Virus record (IMG/VR): IMGVR_UViG_3300027933_000004
DNA from: a virus
Direction: 5' to 3' (one strand)
DNA: 29,233 nt
The position numbers and the translations under genes are program-made. The notes under the pieces were generated by a model that made no database searches, had not been told where the DNA came from, and worked only from the letters and a program-made list of their open reading frames with translations. How positions within the stretch are numbered: the stretch's first letter is position 1; the number at the start of each line of letters is the position of its first letter. This document shows positions 1 through 7,428 of this stretch, in pieces.

Positions 1-72
1 AGCTAGGGCTCTGCAATTGCAAAATCCTGGCTAAGCAATTGCGGTTTTTATCGTTTTTTGGGAAAATTTCGC

Positions 73-430
73 GAGAAAGTTGAGAAATTGGAAATTCCAA
101 TATTTTGCGTTTTTTTCGTAAATTAAGTTTTTTTCACGGGTAAATTGAGAAATTGGAAATTCCAATTAATCTGTCATTTTGCGTAAATTTCGCAATAAAG
201 TTGATAAATTGTAACTTCCAAATATTCTATCATTTTGCGTTATTATCTTGAAAAACAGTATAAATTGTAAATTCCTAACTTACAAATAATCTATCATTTC
301 GTGCAATTTACTAAATAAAGCTAATAAGTTGTTAAATTGTAAGTTACAAATAATCTGTCATATTGCTAGATAAAGTTATATTATTGTAAACTTGTAAGTT
401 ACAACTAATTCTACATGTTGTGAATATATT
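73..430. repeat. Six degenerate tandem units (55-68 bp) inside ITR-L (mirror 28804..29161)
   Basis: Each unit has a palindromic core: attggaaattccaat 87-101, aattggaaattccaatt 151-167, a degenerate core 207-223, ttgtaa..ttacaa 265-285, ttgtaagttacaa 337-349 and 392-404. Each core is followed by a TAATCT(G/A)TCATTTTGCG-like box. Confidence 0.8.
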
Positions 431-541
431 AATTGGGAACTATATAACTATTAATTAGAAAAAAGTCCACTCCTAATTGTAAGCTTTTAGTTACTAAACA
501 TATTATAAGTTACATTATTCTGTTTTCCGTTTTCATTCTCG

Positions 542-720
542 CCAATTTTTTTCAGTTGGCGGTGCTGAAATTGGAAGTTTAGAACAAAACATTTATATAC
601 TTTCATCTTTCCAAAGTTGCAGCTTTGAATTTTTTATCCAATTTTTTCAGCTTCACGCTTGCAAAATTGGAAGGTTATGAAGAAAGATTTAAATATCACC
701 AGAAGAAAGCATATATTCGG
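542..720. repeat. Two ~96-bp direct repeats inside ITR-L (mirror 28514..28692)
   Basis: Copy A starts at 542 and copy B at 638. Each has CCAATTT...AAATTGG inverted arms (542-548/568-574 and 638-644/664-670) followed by a TATA-like box (acatttatatac; agaaagatttaaatatc). Confidence 0.75.
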
Positions 721-781
721 AGTCTGCATTATCTTTCTTCTTATTATTTTATATTATACAACTATACAACTACTATATTAT

Positions 782-866
782 ATAACTATTAACTTACTAG
801 TTAGTTAGTTGTTATATTGCTATATTGTAATATTGCGTAGTTAGCTAGTTAGTAGTTAATAGTTAT
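782..866. repeat. Internal inverted repeat within a TAGT-rich stretch of the ITR (mirror 28368..28452)
   Basis: ataactattaact at 782-794 is the exact reverse complement of agttaatagttat at 854-866. The surrounding region 741-870 is low-complexity (tagttag / atattg). Confidence 0.7.
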
Positions 867-1070
867 AATTTACACGGCAAACCCGCCAGAGATATTTCTC
901 CGGAGTATACAGTGTTGTATACAGCATGTTCATTCGGAAATATTAGTTGCAAAGAGAAAAAGAAGAGAAATGATTTAAAATATTTTTGCAAGTTAAAGGG
1001 TAAAATGGTGGAGAGGCGAAAATAATACTGTTGGAAAAATAAAAGTGCAAATATACAAAGATGCAGAAAA

Positions 1071-1079
1071 GTTTATAAG
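1071..1079 (+). promoter_or_regulatory. TATA box of the terminal genes (inside the ITR; mirror copy 28155..28163 on the minus strand)
   Basis: gtttataag lies 17 nt upstream of ATG 1097. The identical copy drives the right terminal gene. Confidence 0.6.
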
Positions 1080-1096
1080 TTAGGAGATGCATAGAT

Positions 1097-1501
1097 ATGG
1101 TAGAGGAGGAAAAGGTGAGTGAGAAGGAAGAAGAGTTAGTTCAATTAAGCCAACAAAAACTCAGTGAGCAGGAAATAAAGGAATTAATAAATAAGGCTCA
1201 AAATCAGGGCCAACATGAAGCAATGTTTATATTAGTCTTAAGTAAATGGAATAGGCCGGGTTCCAGTTTCACAGACTGGGGCAGATTTGAAGTCCTTTAT
1301 GGCGAAATTGAAATGTTCGAGTTGGATAGTTATTATGACTATCCAACAACAAATGAAACAACATATTCGATAATACCTAAAACAAAGGTTGTTGTTATTC
1401 TTTTTAAGGATGCAAACGATTATAATGGTAAATTAGAAAAGCACGAAACATTATATGTTTTTACTTATCATAAAGGCTGGCAAAGCATTCATTTATATTA
1501 A
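1097..1501 (+). CDS. Left terminal hypothetical protein (134 aa), candidate host-interaction/anti-defence protein
   Basis: The ORF starts 27 nt inside the ITR, with the TATA at 1071. It has an acidic helical N-terminus and a beta-rich C-terminal ~95 aa. A T-rich terminator follows. Confidence 0.7.
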   Translation: MVEEEKVSEKEEELVQLSQQKLSEQEIKELINKAQNQGQHEAMFILVLSKWNRPGSSFTDWGRFEVLYGEIEMFELDSYYDYPTTNETTYSIIPKTKVVVILFKDANDYNGKLEKHETLYVFTYHKGWQSIHLY

Positions 1502-1556
1502 TTTAATTCTTTTTTTAATTTATTGTCTTTTTGTTAAGTTAATTTTTTTATTTTTC
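1502..1556 (+). terminator. Oligo-T terminator region
   Basis: Several T5-T7 runs (ctttttttaa, tctttttgtt, aatttttttatttttc) lie immediately after the stop codon. Archaeal termination occurs at oligo-T tracts. Confidence 0.55.
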
Positions 1557-1720
1557 TAACTTTCCCATTCCTAATTCTTTATCTCTTATTTTTATCTATA
1601 ATTTTTCTCGAGTTTGTGATAATATTACACGTGCATATATTTTTCTTGCTTTTAATTATGTAAATTTTGAGATATGATGTTAAAAAATCAATACAGGCCA
1701 AGGTCACGTATAAACAAAAG

Positions 1721-1730
1721 TTTAAATATA
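1721..1730 (+). promoter_or_regulatory. BRE/TATA promoter of the wHTH gene
   Basis: acaaaag + tttaaatata lies 21 nt upstream of ATG 1752. Confidence 0.55.
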
Positions 1731-1751
1731 AGTTTTTACATAGTGTATGGT

Positions 1752-2009
1752 ATGAGCACGCAAAAAAATAAGGAGAAAAATAAGGCCCGATTGGGGCCCA
1801 AAGAGCTAAAGGTATTAGCTTACCTTGCTCTTCATGGAGGCCAGGCCTGGCAACAAGATGTTATAGATAAATTCGCTTGGGCCTCCAAGTATGAAGGCAT
1901 ACTATCGAAGCGATTGCGCCGCCTTCAAGAAAAGGGATTTATTATAATAAGGGTTGAGAAAAATCCAGAGACCGGCAGACAGAAGAAAAAAGTTTATCTA
2001 GTTAAATAA
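1752..2009 (+). CDS. Winged helix-turn-helix DNA-binding protein (85 aa; alternative long form from ATG 1674, 111 aa)
   Basis: LGPKELKVLAYLALHGGQAWQQDVIDKF...LSKRLRRLQEKGFIIIRVEKNPETGRQKKKVYL is a MarR/ArsR-like wHTH with a wing. The perfect TATA at 1721 favours start 1752. A second TATA-like box at 1636-1645 could serve start 1674. Confidence 0.65.
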   Translation: MSTQKNKEKNKARLGPKELKVLAYLALHGGQAWQQDVIDKFAWASKYEGILSKRLRRLQEKGFIIIRVEKNPETGRQKKKVYLVK

Positions 2010-2030
2010 TTTTTTTAACTTTTCTCTTTC

Positions 2031-2234
2031 TCATTTTAGTTCGTATATTATATCTTCTATTTTATTTATCGCGTCCTCTATTTCTCTTATCTTTTCTCTT
2101 TCAAAATTATATTCATCGAAAACTTCGTTTTCAACATTAACTTTTTCTAAGAATTCTCCTAGTAACTCTTCGGCATTTCTTAATTCTCTAATTGCATTTT
2201 TTAAGTATATTGTTAATTTTTGATAGTTCATCAT
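2031..2234 (-). CDS. Hypothetical coiled-coil protein (67 aa)
   Basis: GGAGG Shine-Dalgarno sequence (reverse complement of 2240-2244) upstream of the ATG. Last gene of the minus-strand cluster. Heptad-like E/K-rich sequence. Confidence 0.6.
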   Translation of the reverse strand: MMNYQKLTIYLKNAIRELRNAEELLGEFLEKVNVENEVFDEYNFEREKIREIEDAINKIEDIIYELK

Positions 2235-2237
2235 TTT

Positions 2238-2504
2238 TTATTCCTCCTTTATTACTTTTGTTATTTTTGCGACAGTGATAGCTACAGAATTATACGGAAC
2301 AGAGAACCAGATTTCAAATTTTAGCATTTTTTTACCGATTTCTATCGTGCCTGTGATTGCATTCTCTGTTTTTGTATAGAATACCAATTTTACTTTTTCC
2401 TTAAAAACGAAGGCCTTATTTAAAAACGCTAATATATCCTGTTCTGACATGCTCAAAATTCTGTTTTTAATTAATTGTTTTTTCTCGTGGTATGTGGAGG
2501 ACAT
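2238..2504 (-). CDS. Hypothetical protein (88 aa)
   Basis: It has its own TATA+GTC promoter at 2532-2545. Clean ORF without competing frames. Confidence 0.65.
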   Translation of the reverse strand: MSSTYHEKKQLIKNRILSMSEQDILAFLNKAFVFKEKVKLVFYTKTENAITGTIEIGKKMLKFEIWFSVPYNSVAITVAKITKVIKEE

Positions 2505-2531
2505 GCTCTATCATGTTCCATTATGCTCTAT

Positions 2532-2545
2532 GACAAATAAAAACC
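2532..2545 (-). promoter_or_regulatory. TATA+GTC promoter (minus strand)
   Basis: The reverse complement reads ggtttttatttGTC, 27 nt upstream of ATG 2504. Confidence 0.55.
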
Positions 2546-2556
2546 CTTTTATTTTT

Positions 2557-3180
2557 TTAAAACAAAGAGCCATAGCACTTTCCTTTAAATTCACAATTTT
2601 TGCATAAGAAATTATTTACTCCCGGCACGTTTTTATAATCTTTTTCGTTCAAGTATTCTTTATATTTCTTTATCCATTCAATTGCTTTTTTTGCGTATTC
2701 TTCTATCAATTTTTGGCCGATTTGAAATTGTTTAACCTCCCTATTTGTTCTGTTCAAATATATAATATATACATTATCAATTTTGTAATTCTGTTGCTGG
2801 AGTAAGTAATAATATGTAGCAATTTGATAAAGGTGATATTCTTTTATCTGGAAATAGTTGATTGAAATTGTTTTTAATTCAATTAGATCATTTCCACAAA
2901 TTAAGTCAATTCGGCCACTAATTTTCACACCTTCAATTTCTCCTTTAACTTCAATTTCATTTTTACAGTTCAATTTTTCAGTAAAATATTCTTCTATATG
3001 TCTGTGATGTTGTTCTCCAAGATCCAGACTAATTTCATTAATCCCCTTTTCAAATTCAAATTTTCTGGTAAAATAGCTTTTTCTAAAACAAATTCCGATT
3101 TCGCTTGGAAATATTGTATCTTCTGTATATTTTACTTTGAAGCTTTGTTTTACAAATTCTTCGTAATTCACAATTATCAT
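2557..3180 (-). CDS. Cas4-like (RecB-family) ssDNA nuclease, SIRV2 gp19/P207 homologue (207 aa)
   Basis: Motifs GRIDLI...LIELKT (D...ExK), QIATYYYL (QxxxY), one N-terminal Cys (GICFRK) plus C-terminal [10 protein letters not shown], a four-Cys set as in Cas4. I chose ATG 3180 because it forms an ATGA overlap with the upstream stop and gives exactly 207 aa. The track start 3225 would overlap the upstream gene by 49 nt. Confidence 0.85.
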   Translation of the reverse strand: MIIVNYEEFVKQSFKVKYTEDTIFPSEIGICFRKSYFTRKFEFEKGINEISLDLGEQHHRHIEEYFTEKLNCKNEIEVKGEIEGVKISGRIDLICGNDLIELKTISINYFQIKEYHLYQIATYYYLLQQQNYKIDNVYIIYLNRTNREVKQFQIGQKLIEEYAKKAIEWIKKYKEYLNEKDYKNVPGVNNFLCKNCEFKGKCYGSLF

Positions 3181-4490
3181 GCCTCCAAATTGGAAAATCG
3201 CATTAATTCTATCAGCCTTTGGCATATTTCTTCGTTAGTTTTTTCACCAATTTTTAAATCTATATCTAATGCTTGAAGAATTATTTGAATATCTGTTGAT
3301 TGTTCTTGTCGTCTCGATTCTAAATTATTGCAAGTTATATAATTATTAATGCTATTTATTTTCTGTTGTATTAATTCTACTAATGCCCGCAAAATTGACG
3401 GATATAGGACTCGTGAATTTATAATTTTATCGTAAGTTTTCTTAATTGCTAATTGGATAATATGAATTCTATCTAAAATTGCCGGAGTAAATATTTCATA
3501 ATTTGCTAGATAATCTTCTATATCCGGAGTTTTAAGTTTATTAATTGTCATACTATGTGGATTTCCAGCGTAAACAATTGGAATACATTTTTGTATAGTT
3601 GCGGATTTGGATTCTGTTCCCGCTCCTCTAGTCCAAATACAATTTTCTATACCAGTGCTTAAAGTTGAATTTATAGTATTTAGTTCTCTTGCAGAAAATC
3701 CATTTTTCCAAGTTTGAATCTCATCAAATATTAACCCATTTGAGAGAAATACTGCTCCATACATGTTATTTCTAGCATCATAAACTAAATTTGCATAAGT
3801 TGGAGATTCAGTATAATATCTGAAATTAAAGACTTCTTGAAGAATCATAAAAGTCGTAGTTTTCCCAGTTCCCCTATTGGAAATTTCTATATAATTTATT
3901 TGACGTTTTGTAATTGGGGATTTAAATAATGGGAATAAACGTGGGAGAGTTAGAAATATATCTTTCGCTTCCATTTTTTGCGGGTCATAACCAAAAGCTT
4001 GTAATAAAAGATCACAAGTTTGTTTTTCAGAATTTGCAAGTTCGAGTAATTCTTTTGCAATTTCATAATTATTTGGTGGTTCAATAGAATAAATATCATT
4101 AATATACCAATTTTCTGTTCCTTTTTTAATTTTTACAAACATATAACTACTTATTAAATTATAGAAATCGTCTGGATTATCTGCAATTTGATGAGGGTCA
4201 AAACTTGCAGTAAATCCATTTTGAAATCTTGCTACTATTTCATCATTTTTAACTTTAAAGTTAGTGATTTTCGAGATAAATTTTATTTCATTGAAAAACG
4301 GCAAATTGGCGTTAAAATATTGTTGGTCAATTCCACGCTTATAAGCTTTTAAAATCTCAATTTTCTTTTTCTCTTCAATTTGTTTCTCTCCAATGATAAT
4401 ATTTAAAATGCGTTCATTATCACGGGGATTATAAAAAAAAGAGTGAGATTTGACTTTATCCAAAAGCGGGGATGAACTGCTCATAAACAA
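3177..4490 (-). CDS. ssDNA-annealing ATPase, SIRV2 gp18/P436 homologue (437 aa)
   Basis: Walker A NRGTGKTT and Walker B GLIFDEIQ. Its position between the SSB-like gene and the Cas4-like gene matches SIRV2. Confidence 0.85.
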   Translation of the reverse strand: MFMSSSSPLLDKVKSHSFFYNPRDNERILNIIIGEKQIEEKKKIEILKAYKRGIDQQYFNANLPFFNEIKFISKITNFKVKNDEIVARFQNGFTASFDPHQIADNPDDFYNLISSYMFVKIKKGTENWYINDIYSIEPPNNYEIAKELLELANSEKQTCDLLLQAFGYDPQKMEAKDIFLTLPRLFPLFKSPITKRQINYIEISNRGTGKTTTFMILQEVFNFRYYTESPTYANLVYDARNNMYGAVFLSNGLIFDEIQTWKNGFSARELNTINSTLSTGIENCIWTRGAGTESKSATIQKCIPIVYAGNPHSMTINKLKTPDIEDYLANYEIFTPAILDRIHIIQLAIKKTYDKIINSRVLYPSILRALVELIQQKINSINNYITCNNLESRRQEQSTDIQIILQALDIDLKIGEKTNEEICQRLIELMRFSNLEA

Positions 4491-4509
4491 AAAAAAGGGG
4501 TATGACGTT

Positions 4510-4911
4510 TTAAAACTCTTCTTCTACGTTTCTCTTTTCTCTTTTTCTCTCCTTCTTTTGTTCTTTTTCACTTTCTTCATTTTCTTCCATTTCTAGTTCT
4601 TCTTCTTGCACGGAATTGTTATTTCTTCGTGTGAATTTTACATATTCATTAAGCAAATCTGCATACTTTGTTAGAAATTCTGAGATAAGTCTTAAATCGT
4701 CTGCATCATTAGCAGTTATTCCAAGTTGTTTTCTGAAATTATTTTGGCTGTGTATAGTTAGTGAATATCTTACTTTTCCGTCTTGAGGAATTGCATTTAG
4801 TTGCACTACAATTCGCTTTATACCTTTTATCTTTAGAACTCTTGACATTATTTTATTCTGTTCTTTTGCCTGTTTTCCTAACGTGTCTAATATTTCTTTA
4901 AGGCCTGGCAC
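4510..4911 (-). CDS. ssDNA-binding protein, SIRV2 gp17/P131 homologue (133 aa, GTG start)
   Basis: First gene of the gp17-gp18-gp19-type operon. It has the size of P131 and a highly acidic/charged C-terminal tail. A GTGA Shine-Dalgarno-like sequence lies 9 nt upstream of the GTG. Confidence 0.7.
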   Translation of the reverse strand: MPGLKEILDTLGKQAKEQNKIMSRVLKIKGIKRIVVQLNAIPQDGKVRYSLTIHSQNNFRKQLGITANDADDLRLISEFLTKYADLLNEYVKFTRRNNNSVQEEELEMEENEESEKEQKKERKREKRNVEEEF

Positions 4912-4941
4912 GTTTCTTCACTGGTTTTAACTTTGCAATAT

Positions 4942-4956
4942 GACATATTTATATAT
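4942..4956 (-). promoter_or_regulatory. TATA+GTC promoter of the replication/recombination operon
   Basis: The reverse complement reads atatataaatatGTC, 30 nt upstream of the GTG at 4911. Confidence 0.6.
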
Positions 4957-5012
4957 TTGTTAACTTGCTAGTTTGCCTCAATGACTTCAAAAAAAGCGTT
5001 ATAAAAAAATAT

Positions 5013-5285
5013 TTAACTTAGTTGGAAGAATATAGATCTTATTATCTTCGCAATTTTAATATTATATTTCCTTGACAATTCGTCAAGTTTTTTATAATAT
5101 AGTTCATCAATTGTGAAAAATACCCTTTCGTCATAAATTTCACTGCTTTCAATTTCTCTAAAGTCTTTTTGTTGATTTAATATTTTGTCGATTTCCTGTT
5201 TTATTAAGTTCCTTTTCTCATAAAAAAGAGTTTTGTATTTTGACGGTATCCTTAATTCTATGTATTTGTTTTTTTGTCCTTTCAT
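5013..5285 (-). CDS. Ribbon-helix-helix-like DNA-binding protein (90 aa), possibly a tandem double RHH
   Basis: C-terminal VFFTIDELYYKKLDELSRKYNIKIAKIIRSIF fits the strand-helix-helix pattern. N-terminal YIELRIPSKYKTLFYEKRNLIKQEIDKIL looks like a second copy. Confidence 0.6.
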   Translation of the reverse strand: MKGQKNKYIELRIPSKYKTLFYEKRNLIKQEIDKILNQQKDFREIESSEIYDERVFFTIDELYYKKLDELSRKYNIKIAKIIRSIFFQLS

Positions 5286-5301
5286 TATTGTTCATGCTCA
5301 T

Positions 5302-5315
5302 GACGAATTTATAAA
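5302..5315 (-). promoter_or_regulatory. TATA+GTC promoter (minus strand) for the 90-aa gene
   Basis: The reverse complement reads tttataaattcGTC, 16 nt upstream of ATG 5285. Confidence 0.6.
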
Positions 5316-5326
5316 CGTGACATATA

Positions 5327-5338
5327 CATTTAAATGTC
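5327..5338 (+). promoter_or_regulatory. TATA+GTC promoter of rep
   Basis: catttaaatGTC lies 18 nt upstream of ATG 5357. Confidence 0.65.
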
Positions 5339-5356
5339 AGGTTTTTAATTGATGAC

Positions 5357-5704
5357 ATGGACTGTCAAAAAGTTTTCATTTATCACTTTCTTTATACTTA
5401 TACATATTTTATCACTATTGCCACAAATTATCGCTACAATTCAACAATTTCAATTTTTCAAAAATTCAAAAATTATGCTTACGGTCATGATAGAAATTCG
5501 CATATTTTCAGCGTTAAGGAATATACAACAAACTTTCATGGCCTGCATTATCATATATTATATTTTACAAATAAGAAATTGGATTACTTTAAAGTTCATG
5601 AGAAAATGCCTTTACATACAGATATAAATATACAATTAGTTCCTAAAACAAAAAGAGATATAAAAAAAGTATTATCTTATATGTTAAAAAATCAAATTAT
5701 TTAG
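5357..5704 (+). CDS. rep: HUH-type replication initiator Rep (SIRV1 ORF119 family), 115 aa
   Basis: HUH motif in FHGLHYHILY. Catalytic-type YxxK motif in VLSYMLKN, with the Tyr at residue 108. From memory this is the same position as the active-site Tyr of SIRV1 Rep. Confidence 0.8.
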   Translation: MDCQKVFIYHFLYTYTYFITIATNYRYNSTISIFQKFKNYAYGHDRNSHIFSVKEYTTNFHGLHYHILYFTNKKLDYFKVHEKMPLHTDINIQLVPKTKRDIKKVLSYMLKNQII

Positions 5705-5978
5705 TTTGTTGTTGAGATTGTGTTTTCTTTTGTGCCAATGAATTAACATCCGACAGTGTATCCATATTCAATAACGCATTAACTCCAAGAGTTGTAGTGT
5801 CTTTTATACTTTCTATTGCTGAAATTGTAGATTTTGTCATTTGATCTACTGCAATTTGGAACGATTGGTTTGCTTGCTTTTGATTGTAAAGATATACTAC
5901 TTCGCCAACTACATAACTGGCTATTAATACTCCCATTAGCACTAAAAATCCCTCTAATGCCTCTGTTCCTAGAGTCAT
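5697..5978 (-). CDS. P98/C92-like virus-associated pyramid (egress) protein, 93 aa
   Basis: A single N-terminal transmembrane helix (ALEGFLVLMGVLIASYVVGEVVYL) is followed by a soluble helical S/T/Q-rich part. Size, topology and its location next to svtR fit SIRV2 P98. Confidence 0.65.
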   Translation of the reverse strand: MTLGTEALEGFLVLMGVLIASYVVGEVVYLYNQKQANQSFQIAVDQMTKSTISAIESIKDTTTLGVNALLNMDTLSDVNSLAQKKTQSQQQTK

Positions 5979-6030
5979 TTCAATTTTATTTTATGCATTG
6001 CAGTTAATAATAAGCTTTTTGTAATGAATC

Positions 6031-6048
6031 AAAATATATAAATTTGTC
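6031..6048 (+). promoter_or_regulatory. TATA+GTC promoter of svtR
   Basis: aaaatatataaatttGTC lies 28 nt upstream of ATG 6077. A GAGG Shine-Dalgarno-like sequence precedes the ATG. Confidence 0.65.
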
Positions 6049-6076
6049 ATAATCCGTATGTTTGAACAGAGGAAAA

Positions 6077-6238
6077 ATGGAAAAGCAAGTTGCAAAGGAA
6101 AGGATTGTTTTTGGAGTGCATATAGATAAGGAGTTAAAGAGAAAATTGAAAGTATATTGTGCAAATAATAATATAACTTTAACTGAGGCAATTGAAGAGG
6201 CACTAGGAGAATATTTGCAAAAAAGAGGAGTTAAATAG
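6077..6238 (+). CDS. svtR: SvtR ribbon-helix-helix transcription repressor (53 aa); not in the supplied ORF track
   Basis: My manual translation is MEKQVAKERIVFGVHIDKELKRKLKVYCANNNITLTEAIEEALGEYLQKRGVK*. It closely matches my memory of SIRV1 SvtR (..AVFGIYMDKDLKTRLKVYCAKNNLQLTQAIEEAIKEYLQKR..). Confidence 0.85.
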   Translation: MEKQVAKERIVFGVHIDKELKRKLKVYCANNNITLTEAIEEALGEYLQKRGVK

Positions 6239-6268
6239 TTATAAGTTATAAAGAAAGATAATATTTTT

Positions 6269-6589
6269 TTAACTTTCATTATATTTTTCAATAGCTATCG
6301 TTGAATATCGTTTACCGCATAATATTGTTAAATCAAAGAAAGGTCTGTTATATCTATAATTTACTCTTATATATGGCGAATATCTAAAAGTCCTTTTAAT
6401 GTAACTTATAATTCCATTCGCTCTTTTTATATATAAATTATGTGCCATAACTAGTCTTATTTTTAAAGTTAACGAAGTGTCGTTATCCATCACGTGGTAA
6501 TAATAAATATTGTTTGGATAAAATGCGTTCAGCCAATTCAACACTTGCTCAGTAAACTTTCTACATTCAATTATAACAATATCTTCCAT
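6269..6589 (-). CDS. Hypothetical protein (106 aa; the track gives a TTG start at 6613, 114 aa)
   Basis: The TATA+GTC box at 6609-6621 overlaps the first codons of the long form. ATG 6589 (MEDIVIIE...) lies 19 nt after the GTC, which is the canonical leaderless spacing. Confidence 0.6.
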   Translation of the reverse strand: MEDIVIIECRKFTEQVLNWLNAFYPNNIYYYHVMDNDTSLTLKIRLVMAHNLYIKRANGIISYIKRTFRYSPYIRVNYRYNRPFFDLTILCGKRYSTIAIEKYNES

Positions 6590-6608
6590 GATTTTCATAT
6601 TCATGACT

Positions 6609-6621
6609 GACAATTAAATGT
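6609..6621 (-). promoter_or_regulatory. TATA+GTC promoter (minus strand)
   Basis: The reverse complement reads acatttaattGTC. Confidence 0.55.
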
Positions 6622-6777
6622 TTTATTTTCAGTTAACATATAGTCTAATTAATAGTTATGAATTTTCATAGTTATTACCGATATTTAATTCACAATTGCG
6701 ACAGGTAATATACATTATATGTATTATAAGCCGTGAGTTGTTATATATTTGAAGATAATAATAGTACTTGACCAAAA

Positions 6778-7182
6778 ATGGCAAAGGGGAGAACTCCAAG
6801 ATCCTATTCGCAGAGATATGCAAAGTGGAACGCAAAGTTCACGTCATTCTCAAACCCTACCGTAGCCTCTACAATATTAACTAACGTTAGTCCTGCTGCT
6901 CAACAAAACTTCCAAACTAACGTTCCTAAATTTACTAGTGTAAATGAGCAAGTATCTGCAGTATTATCAGAATATGGAATAACTGGTCCTAATCGAGCAA
7001 TTTATCAAGGCTTCGGTCTCAAGGTTGCTAGGGCACTTAACAGACTTGGCGGCGGACCTGCTTTAGTCAACATGATTAACGGACTTAAGGCATATTATAT
7101 CTCAGCATTTAATGCAAATCCTACAGTATTAGACGCAGTGACAAATATAATAACTGGATCGCCTACTGGATATGTAAGCTAA
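6778..7182 (+). CDS. Rudivirus major capsid protein (134 aa)
   Basis: MAKGRTPRSYSQRYAKWNAKFTSFSNPTVASTILTNV...VTNIITGSPTGYVS is near-identical in length and sequence to my memory of SIRV2 P134. Confidence 0.95.
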   Translation: MAKGRTPRSYSQRYAKWNAKFTSFSNPTVASTILTNVSPAAQQNFQTNVPKFTSVNEQVSAVLSEYGITGPNRAIYQGFGLKVARALNRLGGGPALVNMINGLKAYYISAFNANPTVLDAVTNIITGSPTGYVS

Positions 7183-7187
7183 AAAAC

Positions 7188-7226
7188 TATAAGATATCTT
7201 ATAAGCTATTTTATTTTTTTTATTTT
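7188..7226. terminator. Bidirectional terminator between the convergent MCP and Zn-finger genes
   Basis: A perfect 16-bp palindrome tataagatatcttata (7188-7203) is followed by ttttattttttttatttt. Confidence 0.65.
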
Positions 7227-7227
7227 G

Positions 7228-7392
7228 TTACTCTTCAACTTTTGTTTCAAGATATTCATGATTTTTAGCACTTATTCTCTTGCAATCACGCATTTTCACA
7301 CCGGGGTGGTGTCTTCTCAGATGATGTGCCATTCCTTTTCTTTTTTTGTTTATTATTCCGCAAATCGGGCATTCATATATTACGAGACCCAT
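7228..7392 (-). CDS. C2H2 zinc-finger protein (54 aa; the track form is 75 aa from 7455)
   Basis: YECPICGIINKKRKGMAHHLRRHH has the pattern CxxC-x12-H-x4-H. ATG 7392 lies 18 nt after the minus-strand GTC of the back-to-back promoter. The longer forms would start upstream of the predicted transcription start. Confidence 0.75.
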   Translation of the reverse strand: MGLVIYECPICGIINKKRKGMAHHLRRHHPGVKMRDCKRISAKNHEYLETKVEE

Positions 7393-7396
7393 AGCG

Positions 7397-7422
7397 TTTT
7401 TTAGTGTCATGACGTATAAAAA
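7397..7422. promoter_or_regulatory. Back-to-back divergent promoters sharing the palindrome GTCATGAC
   Basis: ttttttagtGTCATGACgtataaaaa. The plus-strand GTC at 7406-7408 is 20 nt from ATG 7429. The minus-strand GTC (GAC 7411-7413) is 18 nt from ATG 7392. Confidence 0.65.
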
Positions 7423-7428
7423 TTCTCC

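Larger units (their letters stand above)
1..1123. repeat. Left inverted terminal repeat (ITR-L)
   Basis: Position i pairs with position 29234-i. I checked 1-110, 421-480, 841-900 and 1069-1123 by eye and found them identical to the reverse complement of the right end. Identity stops after nt 1123. Confidence 0.97.

Noticed and set aside
1097-1501. Assigning the left terminal 134-aa protein to the AcrID1 family
   Set aside because: Only the terminal location and the beta-rich C-terminal domain fit. I cannot reliably recall the AcrID1 sequence, so no family call is made.
2998-3276. 92-aa plus-strand ORF
   Set aside because: It is antisense to the well-supported Cas4-like and ATPase genes. The product is F/K-rich and low-complexity, and there is no promoter.
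5349-5627. 92-aa plus-strand ORF overlapping rep in another frame
   Set aside because: The rep frame carries the HUH and Y motifs and has the correct promoter spacing. This frame yields a hydrophobic, low-complexity product.
5991-6291. Two minus-strand ORFs (70 and 95 aa)
   Set aside because: They are antisense to svtR (6077..6238), which is strongly supported by similarity.
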